From the NCBI GenBank assembly GCA_965240325.2, contig OZ251237.1, forward strand, positions 682,001 through 746,000: a stretch of 64,000 bases of DNA, written 5' to 3'. The DNA comes from Rebecca billardiae RCC1528. Its lineage: Eukaryota; Protista; Haptophyta. The notes under the pieces were generated by a model, which worked only from the letters and a program-made list of their open reading frames with translations, had not been told where the DNA came from and ran no database searches. Within the stretch, counting starts at the first letter, position 1. Each line of letters opens with the position of its first letter. The translations under genes and the position numbers were made by a program. This document shows, one piece after another, positions 45,704 to 56,974 of the stretch.

Positions 45704-45724
45704 GCCGGCTAGCTTGTGCGTGGC
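43880..45724 (-). repeat. Coding tandem array of 114-bp units (16 full copies plus a partial one)
   Basis: Strict 114-nt periodicity with no indels. Confidence 0.95.
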
Positions 45725-46051
45725 GCGAGCGACGTTCGCCGGTAGGTGGGGTGGTCAGGCCGCGCGATCCGGTTCGCCGATGCCCGCCCGATCGATCGGT
45801 GGACGACGAAAATCAAATATCAAAACTGCATGATGATACCTACCGATGGTATCATCATTGTACATCAAGTCATCAACTACATCGTCAAGTAAGCTATACG
45901 TTATCGTCATGATGATTGATGACACTGATGATACACGACGACTGTTGAAACGTAACTCTGACATAGTCAGCCGATCAGTGCGGACTCAGGCTCACTGCTG
46001 CATCACGTGGTACTCATTCGCGCCGTTGCCACTGCCACCGGTCTGCTGCTA

Positions 46052-47904
46052 CTACGCATCCGGCGTGAGGGCGGCACCATCTGCGGCGTCGTCGACGTTG
46101 CCCCCGCCCGCCGTTGCCTCGCCCTCCGTGCCGCTGTGCTCAGGCGAGCGGCGGAGATGCGGGATCAGTGGCGAGGTCCTGTGCCTGTACACGACGTAGC
46201 CCATCGAGGTGCCCGCCGCCTCCTCGGTCTGCGGGCGCACCACGCCTATCCTGTCGCCGTTCTTCAGCGTGACCGTCTTGTCGCGGCCGACAAACTCGCC
46301 GTTCACGTAAGTGCCGTTGGACGAGAGGTCAGTCAGCCGCGGCTGCAGCTGGGGCATCTGCCGTGACGAGCCTTCGGCGGGCTCCTGCGTGCGCCGGGGT
46401 GGTGGCAGCCGAGCCGCGCGCGGGGGTGAGGCGCGGCGCTGGCGCACGGCCTCTCCGCGCGCGCGCGCACGGCACGCGGCGCACGGCGCTCCCGCCGCGC
46501 TGCTCACCTCGTCGGCCGAAGACCAGATGCGACAGTGCAGCGACGACACGAACGGGTTGGAGAAGATGATATCGGCGCGACGCGACCGACCGATCGTGTA
46601 CTCGCGCTTGGGCTGCAGCGTCAGCGCCTCCTTCGTCAGCCGCCCTGCGTGCCGCGCGCGCGCAGATGCCCGGCGAGCGTTGGTCGTGCGAACGCGCGCG
46701 CGCGCGTACGCGCGCGTACGCGCGCGACAGCATGCGCGCTCGCGCAGAGCTGCAGGTGGGCAGTGCGCGCGGCCGCGCTCACCGTCTCGGCTGACGACGA
46801 CGAGCTCACCCAGCAGGTACTTGCGCGGCTCGACGCTGACGCTCGGCGTGGGCGGGTTCTCGTCCGTCTGGTATGCCATCGCCTCGCCGATCAGCGGCTT
46901 GAGGAAGTCGAGCTCGGCGCAGTCGGCAATGCGCTCGCGTACCGCGCTGAGCGAGTCAGCGTGCATGAGCGGCCATCTGACGTGCTGCGCGAGCCGGCGG
47001 AGCTGGGCGTGCTCGTCGGGCTGGCCCGCCGCCCAGCGCTGGACGACGTCCCACACGTCGTCCTCCTGCGCCGCGTCGCGCGGCGGGCGCGCGAGACGCG
47101 CACCGGCCGCGCGCATGAGCCCGGCCCGCGGCGCGCGCGCGCACGCGACGCGGCAGGTGGGGGCGCTGGGCCGCGCGCGCGCGCGCGCCGCACTTTGGTG
47201 CAGACCAGGGCACTTGACGAGACGGCCTCGAGCATGAGCTCGACGCTGAGCGAGGTGAAACTAGGGTTGCTCGACGCCACCGCCATGAAGTCGGTGCGCA
47301 GCACCTCCGCGCACTGCGCGCACAGCCGCTCGCACTCGAGCCAGCGGCCAAGCTCCCACCACTCGTGCAAGCTCTCGGGCCTCACGCACGACTCGAGGTA
47401 CGTGCAGCACTGGTCGCAGAGGGAGCGCACGTCGTAGAAGTCGCAGAGGGTGAAGAGCGCCGCCGCCGTCTCCCGATCCAGGTCGATCGGCTTGCCGTGC
47501 ACGTACCGCACGAGCAGCTCGAACGAGTCCGGGTCTGTGTCCTGAAGCGTCACGACGGACATGGCAGACTCCTGCATGTGCAGCCCGTCCGAGCCGATGA
47601 GCATGGCGGCGAGCGGGCGCGAGGCCGAGGCGATGAGCGATCGGACGCATCTGAAATCGCGCTCGCGCCCCTTATCGACCGCGCGGATGATCACCATCTC
47701 GTTGCTCACGTCGGCCGCGCTCGCATCGTCCGCGGCCGCAGCGCCGTCGTTGTCGAGCCGCGAGTGGAGCAGCGCGAGAGACGCCTGCAGCTCGGCGTAC
47801 GCGCGCACGGCGACACTCGGGTTCGTGCGCCTCCGCTTCGACTCGCGCGGGCCCACGCCGACCACGCCGGAGCCGGACGCGGACCGCTTCGGATTCCTTC
47901 GCAT
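46052..47904 (-). CDS. BTB/POZ-BACK-FHA domain protein; introns 47066-47193, 46645-46782, 46385-46507
   Basis: BTB (SLIASAS..LAAML, PDSFELLVRYVH, CDFYDVRSL), BACK (K|EDDVWDVVQRW, HVRWPLM), FHA (TIGRS, VSSLHC, DLSSNGTYVNG, LKNGDRI). Confidence 0.85.
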
Positions 47905-48209
47905 CGGGCGTCGAGACCACCACCACCACCGTGCCCCACTGGCCAACCCCAAAAACCTGCACCGGTGGACACAGGCCTCCCGTGATGATCTTGACGCATC
48001 AAGATCCGGGGTGCCTCCGAGTCCGGGCCACTGCGTTTGACTTCGCCTCGGCCGTAGCGTATCGGGGAAATCATCAAGGCGTTTTGCGATAAAATCGCCT
48101 CGCGATTTTCAAAGCGGCCCTCAGCTGTGTAGTGAAAGCCCAGCCGCCCTGGGTGTTGAGAGCAGCCACAACTCCCGACCGCTCGCGGCCGGGGAGCTTG
48201 CGCACCGAG

Positions 48210-50156
48210 ATGGCGAGCGGCGGTGGCGATGAGGTGACGGCGATGGGCCGGATGAAGTTCGACAGGCCCAAGTCGGCCGCGATGCGCCCATCCTCCGCCT
48301 CCGGCGCCGCGCCGCAGCCCGATCCCAAGGGCGGCGCGGGCGCGGCGAAGCCGGCCATGCAGCCGCTCTACAACCTCAACAGGGGCGCAGAAAGCGGGGG
48401 TGCGTCGGGCATTCGGCAGCCTGTGGGTGGCGGTCGGCGTCCCTCCGCCGGCTCCCGCCCGCAGTCGGCGCGCGGCGTCCCCAGCTCGCGCATGAGCGCG
48501 CTGCAGGCCATGCGCGGCCAGGCGTACACGCCGGGCAGCGACGACGATGACGACGACGACGACGACGGCGCCGCCGTCATCGACTCGCCCCGCGACTCGC
48601 CCTCGAAGCAGGTGAGGCGCTTAGCGTCGGCTCGCTCGCTCGAGAACGCGCCCACCAACGGCGAGAACCAGCCGTACTCGCCCAACTACAACGGGCCGGC
48701 GAGTTCGCTCACCACGTCCAGCTCGACAGTGCTCACGCCGCGCGGCATGGCGGCGCGCAAGGCGGCCGGCCCGCTCTCTCTCGGCCCGCAGGAGCCCGAG
48801 CCGGCGGCGGCGCATGGCGCGGACGCGAACGTGACCGACGCGATGATCAACGCGCGACTCAAGAACGCGCGGCAGAAGATCCAGCTGCGCGAGGGCCCGG
48901 AGGACCCGTTCAGCGGCGGCGGCGGCGGCGGCGGCGCGGCGGAGGAGTTGGCTGAGGACGACGACGAGCCGCACGCGCGGGCGGAGCCGTCGGGCAGGGA
49001 GCAGCCGAGCGCGGAGGACCTGCACACGCCGAGGGGCGTGCCCTCCCTCAACCTGCAGCAGCTGCAGGAGCTGCAGGTCCGCGCGCTCGAGACGGACCAA
49101 CTCGCGTGGCTTACCCACGTCGTCCCGCGCGGCAAGATGGTGCAGTGCTTCATTAAGCGCGATAAGTCCGGGCTCGACATGCTCTACCCGCAGTACCGGT
49201 GCTACCTGCAGACGCCCGACGGCGAGCGGTTCATCATGGCGGCGCGCAAGCGCAAGAAGTCCAACTCGAACAACTACGTCATCTCGATGAACATGAAGGA
49301 CTTGGGCCGGTGCGCGCGGCGCGCGGTTCGCGGATACCCGGCCCGGCGCGCAGTGGCGAGCGCGCGGCGCGGCGCGTGCGCGCATGCCGCTGACCTCGCG
49401 GCGCGCGCCCGACGCGCGCGCGCGCGGCGTCACCGCAGGCACAGCGAGAACTGCATCGGCAAGCTGCGCTCCAACTTCATCGGCACCGAGTTCGTGCTCT
49501 ACGACGCGGGGTACAACCCGAAGAAGCTGCCGAAGGACGCACTGAACGGCAAGGACAAGGACGGGCGCGGCATCCGCAAGGAGCTGGGCGTGTGCATCAA
49601 CACGCAGAACGTCGTGGGCGCGCCCTCGCCGCGCAAGGTGCGCGGGCTGATCCCGCAGGTGGTGGACGACGCGCCGGCGGTGCGTAGCAGCGCGCGCGCG
49701 CGCCCTCCGCTCCACGCCCTTGCAGCGCTCCGGCCCTCCGCTGCCCCAGGCCGCCGGCTGCTCACGCGCACGGCGGCGCGCGCGCGGCCCCGCTCTGCCG
49801 GCCTCATTGTGCTTGCGCGCGCGCAGGCGTACATGCCGACGACGGAGGAGCAGACCATCCTCGCGCGCGAGGGGAGCGGCAGGCTCGGCAACGAGTTCGT
49901 CGCGATGGCCTCCAAGCAGCCGCGGTACAACAACACCACAGGCAAGTACTCGCTCAACTTTAACGGGCGCGTCAAAATGGCCTCGGTCAAAAACGTGCAG
50001 CTCGTGTATCAGGGCCAGGAGGAGGTGCTGCTGCAGTTCGGCAAGACGGGGAAGAACGACTTCATCCTCGACTTCCAGTACCCGTTCACGCCGATGCAGG
50101 CGTTCGCGTTCGGCCTGACCAGCCTCGCGTACAAGCTGGCCAACGAGGGCGGCTGA
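48210..50156 (+). CDS. Tubby-like protein; introns 49310-49438 and 49680-49826
   Basis: VQCFIKRDK, AARKRKK, NYVIS, IGKLRSNFIGTEFVLYD, YSLNFNGRVKMASVKN, LQFGK, FILDFQYP. Confidence 0.93.
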   Translation: MASGGGDEVTAMGRMKFDRPKSAAMRPSSASGAAPQPDPKGGAGAAKPAMQPLYNLNRGAESGGASGIRQPVGGGRRPSAGSRPQSARGVPSSRMSALQAMRGQAYTPGSDDDDDDDDDGAAVIDSPRDSPSKQVRRLASARSLENAPTNGENQPYSPNYNGPASSLTTSSSTVLTPRGMAARKAAGPLSLGPQEPEPAAAHGADANVTDAMINARLKNARQKIQLREGPEDPFSGGGGGGGAAEELAEDDDEPHARAEPSGREQPSAEDLHTPRGVPSLNLQQLQELQVRALETDQLAWLTHVVPRGKMVQCFIKRDKSGLDMLYPQYRCYLQTPDGERFIMAARKRKKSNSNNYVISMNMKDLGRCARRAVRGYPARRAVASARRGACAHAADLAARARRARARRHRRHSENCIGKLRSNFIGTEFVLYDAGYNPKKLPKDALNGKDKDGRGIRKELGVCINTQNVVGAPSPRKVRGLIPQVVDDAPAVRSSARARPPLHALAALRPSAAPGRRLLTRTAARARPRSAGLIVLARAQAYMPTTEEQTILAREGSGRLGNEFVAMASKQPRYNNTTGKYSLNFNGRVKMASVKNVQLVYQGQEEVLLQFGKTGKNDFILDFQYPFTPMQAFAFGLTSLAYKLANEGG

Positions 50157-50671
50157 CAGCGGCGCCGCGGCCGCGGCAGCCGCTGCTGCAGCCGGCATGA
50201 GCCGGCATTGAACGCGCGGACTCGCGCTGCTGATATGAACGGCTGCGCACGCGCGCAACAGGCGAGTGGCTCTTCAAACGCCTGGCACCGCCGTCATCGG
50301 CGCTGCTCAGTGCTTGGTCTTCAGTCCAGCTCCGTCCGGCCCGCCGCGCTGTCCGCGGATCTGCTCCGCTGGGGCTGGGCCGGGCGCCAGCGCGATGCCG
50401 ACTGCGAGTCCGTGCGGGCCGAGGCCCGAGCCCGAGGTGCCGCACCCGGTCAATCACTTATCATGTCTCATGAGTCAGTGTCACTCAGCCTTAGAGCAGG
50501 CCTCATCAGTCAGGACTCAGGTGTGAGGGGAGCGTCCGGGACCCGGGCCCGGGGGGCCCCGGGCCCGGGGGGCCCCGCCCCCGGGGCCCGGGCCGCCGGG
50601 GCGTCGCCGGGGCCGGTGGGCCGGTGGGGTGCTTATTGTTAAATAGTACGGTATAGCTTATTGCTCATATA

Positions 50672-50944
50672 TATTAACGACGTGGTATGCAACGGGCAGG
50701 CGTCAGAGTCAGCAAGCTGTAGCAGCAGATCGAGCAGCAGAGACAAACACCAGGATCCGCAGCGCTCCTCGCCGTCGTCCCCCCCTCCGGGCCCTCGTAG
50801 TCGCCCATCAATCACTCGACACTCCATCGCCGAGCGGAAGCTCGACGCACCGTCTGGCGTCGACGCGCGCGCGCCACCGCGGTGGTCGCGGTGCCACGCG
50901 TCGTCAGCCGTCGTCTCGAAGTAGTTAGTCGTATGCAGCGCCCC
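50672..50944 (+). repeat. TATTAACGAC repeat family, copy 3 (truncated, followed by (AT)n)
   Basis: Direct match to 39256-39508 with small insertions. Confidence 0.85.
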
Positions 50945-50971
50945 ATATATATATATATATATTGTAATTTT

Positions 50972-52659
50972 GCCAGGTTGCACGGAAAAATGACCGCCCG
51001 CGACTGACAGATGTTACATTCCCAGTGGACGCGACCTGTCCACCCGTCTTTCGGTACATGGCGCCGTCGCCGTGCGCCCGGAAGCGGCGCGCGCTCTCGC
51101 GCGCTGCACGATGCCCGCTGTTGCGGGTGCAGCGCGCCACTCCGCGCCTCGATCGGCCTCTTCCTGCTTGAGTAGCATGTACCGAAAGTCAACCACCCTT
51201 GAGCTCCAATCGCGACATCGCGCAGCCGCGCGGCACGTTCGCGCGGCATCTGAGTCACAGAGGGCAGCAGAGCAGGCCGTCTCAGCCTGGAAGAGTCCCA
51301 GGCCCGGTGTGAAGAGACGTAGCAATGCAAGGTGGATACGTGCCGTGCACGTCGCAGTCTGGCTGCACACGACGTTCGCAGCCTACGACTCGCGCGTGCG
51401 TGCTTGCGCTCGGCCACGTCCATTCATCAGCCGTGCGTGTATTGGATGGAGCGCGCGCGCGACTGGTCTTGCACATCACGTCGCGCAGCAACAGTCGCGG
51501 GAAGAGACACGCGACACTCATAGTATGCGACAACTTTGCAATGTTCATCCAGCGCGTGTTGGTGAGGTTCGAAAAGCTGGCGGCGGCTACCTCTCAACCG
51601 CTCGGTTGCACTTGATGGTGCATGCGCGCCGGCCGGAGCGCTGAAGTGTCAGAGTCGTGGCATGCTCGAGGCTCTTGGATGAGGAGACGGCCGCTACGCA
51701 GTCTATCTATGTCGTCAGCATGAAGAACGGCATCCACGCACGACGCCTCGCGAACGCACACCTGCTTCCGCGCTGTGACACGCATCGACAAGAACCGCTC
51801 AGCAGGCTGACGAGGCACCACGCCTCACTCACGCCCAAGAACAGCAGGGCGAGTGCTAAGAAGCGGGCGAAGGAAGCTGTCGCTCGCTGCGGCAAGGACG
51901 CTCTCACTGTATGAATGTCATTGAGCCCTACATAGCCTTCTTTGTCTCGCGTGAGCTCAGCATCAAGGGTGAGGCGCGAGGTGTTGCGCAGACGGTCGCA
52001 CAGGCTCACGTAGACAGCTCGATGGTGATGATCGAGAGCTTCTATCAAGTGTTCAGATGCAGAGCGCGTGCGTACACCGAGCAGGAGCTGACGACCTACA
52101 TGGTATCTATGCCACGCGTGGATCTCCCCGCCGGCCCACAAGTCGCTGACGACTTATTGTCGAACTCGAATGCTCGCGCGCGGCATTGCGGGCGAAGGCT
52201 GCACTCGGGCGACGAGCTCGGTCCGATCATGACGGTTTGCCATACTGCGCGTGGTGACGGGCGTTGGGCTCGAGACGGATGGCGCGGGCGGTGTGACGCA
52301 GATAGAGCTGGGCGTGTGCGCTCGCTCCGAGACGCGTCGAAGGGAGGACTGTCTCCAGCTGCCTGATGATCCTGGACGAGAGGGTGATGCTGCCGTGGCT
52401 GTTTGCCGTCTCACGCGACGTGTGATGGGATGATGACAGTCACTGCCGACGGCGAGGGGGTCCCGGCTGTGCTAGCTCAAGGGATGTAGCGCACGCGGAC
52501 AAGTCCTGACGACACGCGCATTCAGCTAGTCATGATGCGGGGCTGCATCGACACGCGAGGCGCGCGCCACCCACGAGCGGCGAGTGGGCGGGCGCCATCC
52601 TTCAGAGGCGCCGTCTCTCAGAAATGTAACACCAAGGACAGTTTCATGTGCAACCTGTC
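50972..52659. mobile_element. Second GACAGGTTGCAC-family TIR element, 1688 bp, opposite orientation to 30180-31876
   Basis: Ends G(C)CAGGTTGCACG and TGTGCAACCTGTC; 4-bp TSD TTTT; subterminal ~100 bp and ~40 bp shared with 30180-31876. Confidence 0.78.
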
Positions 52660-52665
52660 TTTTAT

Positions 52666-54730
52666 TATGGCCCGCGGTGCAGGGCGGAGCGCGCAGCGTG
52701 GAGCCCGCACCAGCGGGCCCGAACCACGTTTCAGCGGGCCCGAACCACGTTTCAAAAAGATCTTTGATCAAAGAAAAAAGGGACGGGGCGGTGTTTTCCA
52801 GAGTGGGGAGACCGAGTTTCGATTTTTTGAGACCTCCTAACAGATGGATTAGCGTCGAAAAAGGGCGCGTCCGCCGTCTTGAATAGTGAACAGAGGAATC
52901 AACGAAACCCACGCCCAAATGTGCCAGGCAGGGTAATTGTGGGTAGACTCTCGTTAATGTAGTGTGACCATAGTAAAATAATATGGCCTCGCCGCCGCAA
53001 GATGCCATCACTAGAACGACAGTTGATCAACATAATAGCAGTCCAACCAACTCCAATAGTGCGAGACATTCAGCAAGGCAAGGGCTGTATCGCCTCTTGA
53101 TTGGGTGATTGTGGGTACTCTCCTTCAGTCTATCATATCAGTACATTGGCTATTTGGCTCGCTAACGGCGTTGGGGGCATAAGGTCATTTTGGGTAATTG
53201 TGGGTATTATCATACCCAGTTGGGGGCCAGGGGGCGCGCGGCACGCGCTCGCTCCAAAAACGGGGCGAGCCCTCGATCGACCGCCAAACGGGGCGAGCCC
53301 TCGATCGACCGCCATCGGTGTGGACGACCGCGCGGAGCGCGCGCCGCGCGCGCGCCGCCCGCGCGCGCGGCCGCGTTTGCGGGCGCGCGCGGATTGTCGA
53401 ACGAAGGCTTCTGTCTGTCGGGCGTTGCGTCACTCGTGCGCCATGTCGTGCCATGTCGTGGCGTGCGCATGTGCGCACTCTCGGTGGGGTGGTGCGCGGG
53501 CGGCGGCGCTCTCCTGAATTCTACCCCGCGCCCGTTTCGCTGTGCGTGCGCGCTGCGTCGCGCAGGCACGCGAGAGTACCTGCGGCTCCCGCGCGGCCGG
53601 ACGTGGACGGTCGCCCTGGCGCGCCGCTCGAGCATGCGCTCGCGTGTCTGCGTGGACTGGGTTATAGCGCGCGTGCCGCGCCTTCTTTTCTCGGTGCAGG
53701 CGCGCTGGCTGCAGGCCTTGGCCATCGACTACGCGGCGCGCACCCTAGCACTCCCTAGCAGCCAGCCGCGACGAGTTCGAGTCTGCGCGCGCAGATGGGC
53801 GGCGGCGCGCAGGCCGTGCACGCGCAGATACACGAGCACGTGCGCGTGAAGGCGCTGGGCGCCGAGCTGGCAAAGCGCGACGCCGAGCTCGACGCGTGCG
53901 CGCAGAGGCGCTGGGCGCCGAGCTGGCGAAGCGAGACGCCGAGCTCGACGCGCTGCGTCACGCGGCACGGATGCGCTGGGCGCGCGCGCTGCCCTTGTCC
54001 ACGCCCTGCAGCAGCTCGAGCAGGTGTGGACGGCCCTCGAAGCTACGGTGGGCGAGCGCGCGCCGCTCAGCCTGCCGCTGGCCGCCGCCATCCTCGAGGC
54101 CGACGCGGCGGAGCAGGCGGCGGGCGAGCACGGCGGCGCGGTGCGGAGCAGGGCACGCGTGCGCCTGGCGGCGGGCGCGACACGCCACTCGCTTCGTCCC
54201 ACCCCGAGCTCCGCTCGGTCTGCGCGTGGCTGCGCAGCGTGGGCGGGCAGCAGTGGCGCGCGCTCTCGCTATGCCGGCCCGAGGCGCGCCGGCTGAGCGA
54301 CCAGCGGCCCTTCGTCGAGCGCATGGCGCAGCGCGAGCACCTCAAGCAAGCAGGTGCGCGCGCGCGCGCGCACGCGCCGGCCCGCGCCGCGCGGCGCCTC
54401 TCGCCCTGCACGCGCGCCGCCCCGCTTCCCCGCGCGGCCCGTCCGCGCCTCTCGCCCTGCGCGCGCGCCGCCCCGCTTCCCCGCGCGGCCCGTCCGCTGG
54501 TGTCCCGTGCCACCCTTGGCCGTCGGCGCGCCCATTCACGCGCCGCGAGTCCGACGGACGGGCGGTCTGACTCTCACTCACTCTCCGAGACGGTGCGGCC
54601 TGCCTGTCTGACTGCCAGGCAGACGCCAGACCGTGCGGATTGACGACGTCACGGTCTCATTCTCAACCACTGCGCCGCGGGCCCCCAACTGCGTTGGTTC
54701 TACGGAAAAGGACCGCGGAACGCGGTCATA
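52666..54730 (-). mobile_element. TATG-family element, copy 2, carrying a gene fragment
   Basis: TATGGCCCGCGGTG at 52666 and GACCGCGGAACGCGGTCATA ending at 54730; 3-bp TSD TAT/TAT. Confidence 0.78.
53706..54355 (+). pseudogene. Frameshifted gene fragment (cargo of TATG element)
   Basis: ALGAELAKRDAELD...AAAILEADAAEQAAGEHGG...RRLSDQRPFVERMAQREHLKQ spread over several frames; ends at a caggtgcgc donor-like site. Confidence 0.65.
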
Positions 54731-55044
54731 TATTATTGATTTTTATTGATGAAACTGTAGTCTGCTAATCAAGTAGTCCTAAGACGATTAAAATATAGTC
54801 CGTGCCGCGCGTGCGGCGGCGGTATCATTATCAGCTCATACTGACTTACTCTTAGCGGATATCCCACTGCAACAGATATGACCGCGTTCCGCGGTCTTTT
54901 TCCGTAGAACGAACGTAGTTCGGGGCCCGCGGTGCACCCTCCGTCGGCTGCTGTCTCAGTCTGACATGTGTAAGTGTAACAGTTCGCCTGAGCTGCCACC
55001 GCCAACTCAGTCACTGCCGCCCACCGGGCCGGCGGGCCGATGAG

Positions 55045-56849
55045 TAGGGGGTCCAAGCCGCGGAATTAAAAATCGAAAATCGACTGCCCGATTTCGCGGT
55101 GACCATTTCCGAACATTGTTGCCTCGAATTGCGGCAGCACGGGCCGCGGCCGTTCAGAGCACGGTCGAGCCCGAGATCGGGCGAGTAGCACGCCTGGGCG
55201 GTGGACTTCATCGTCGCGTCGGCGCGGCGGAGCGCGCTCTGGCGTCAGAGGCGCGCGGGCGGGCGAGTCAGGGTGGCCACCATGACAGCGGTCGACCAAA
55301 TGATCGCTGGCAGCTCGCTCTCACCGGACATCTTGAACCTCACAGCCCCGCTCTGCGCGCCGTTCGAACTCTCATCCGGATGAGCGCGGACAACGCAGCC
55401 CCGCTTTCAGGTGAAGCGTGCACGCTGCGCGCTGGTTTACACCTGGTTTAGCTTGTCCATGATGAGCATGAATGACCCCCCGGCGCTCGGCCTGGTGCGT
55501 GCAGTGCTCACCTCCCCACGCGCTGCGCATGCACTCGCGCGATCGCTGGCCGCTCGTTCGCAAACGGGAGTGCGCGGCAGTCGTGGGTGGTAAGCAAGCT
55601 GGGCGACCCTGTGTACGTGCGGGGCCTGTCTTCCAGCTCACAGTAGTACCGCCAGAAGCTCCAGCTGGCACGCGTCGGCTTGTTTGTTGTGCCACTTGGC
55701 GTGCCGCTTGGCTGCATGCAGCAGCCGAGCTGCGCTGACGCGAAGAACGTGCACCTTGTCACGAACGTCAAGCTTGCTGCGGAGCAAACGCGCGCCGCCA
55801 AGCTCCGCTATGAGCGCTGCCACATCTGCACACCGTGTCTTCGTCTCGGGAGTGCCTGCGCCACTGTTGGCGGCCGTCTTGGAGCAGCGCGCGGACTGCA
55901 TGATGCTCGGGGCAGGAGTGCTGCTGGGCGCGGCAGTGGAGGCAGAGAGCTCAACGCTCGCCACCGAGCAGCTCGCAGAGTCAGAGGTAAGCTGGAGCAG
56001 CCTCGACTGCAAGCGCTGTAGCCGCAGCAGAGGTGGACCGGCGGCGGCCTCGCATGGGCTGGGGTACGACGAACGGCGACGGTGCCGGTGACACCTGAGT
56101 ACGGGCAAGGAAGCCGCCTGGCACATGGCGAGCTAGTCTGCGCACGCCAGCCTCGACGGCGGAGAGGACTCTCATGCCGGGATGGTGGCGGCATGTTCAG
56201 TGGCGGAGTTGGCCGTGTGCCGCAGCACGTGCAGCCCGCCACCGGCATCAGGCCCGCGTTCGCGGGCCGGCACTCACTGATGTGCTGAGTCCAGTGGCAT
56301 GAGCCGTCTCGGCGCCGCCGTACTCCGTATTCGGATGACCCAGCAAGTAGTGAGCAAGGTACCCATGTATAGGCACTCACTTGAATAAATATGGCAAAAT
56401 TAACCGCATTCTATATACAATGGGTAACATAGCGCTTATATGCGGGTAAATTCCCATAATTGAATGGGTAATGTGCTCGATCTTGGAGTAGTTTTTCATG
56501 GACGTCTACGCGCACAGTATTGTGCCCCACTTTTTCGGTATTTTCACCATAAAATCCTTTGGATAGAGGGCAGCGCTTGTCAATAAGTAAGTCCGACCGC
56601 GTATCGTCATCTAGCTGCCATGGCAAGTAGGTAACATTCGGCTGAATCTCTATGTGACACAGCGGGCGCCGCTGCGTGCGCGCGCGACCGCGCGACGACA
56701 CGCGGAGTCGGTTTCTAGTGCTTCTGGCGGCTGGGCTGGGCTCTGGGACATATTTGAGGGTGACTCCGCAAGCGTCACGCTCATCAGACGCCTACATGGC
56801 ATGGTTGTCAAATATCACCAATCGGTGGGCTGCTGGCTTGGACCCCCTA
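55045..56849. mobile_element. Non-autonomous hAT-like TIR element, 1805 bp
   Basis: 15-bp perfect TIR TAGGGGGTCCAAGCC; 7-bp flanking duplication CGATGAG at 55038-55044 and 56850-56856. Confidence 0.8.
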
Positions 56850-56974
56850 CGATGAGGACTGTCGCCGCGGGCTGCGCCGCGGGGACTAGCGGCCGGCGCG
56901 CGCGCGCAGGCAGGGCGAGGCCGAGAGGCGCTGGCGCGGCGCGAGCCGGCGCATGCGCGCGAGCGGGCGCACCT

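Noticed and set aside
43880-45724. CRISPR-like array
   Set aside because: No repeat-spacer alternation; whole 114-bp units repeat in frame as protein. Eukaryotic context and no cas genes.
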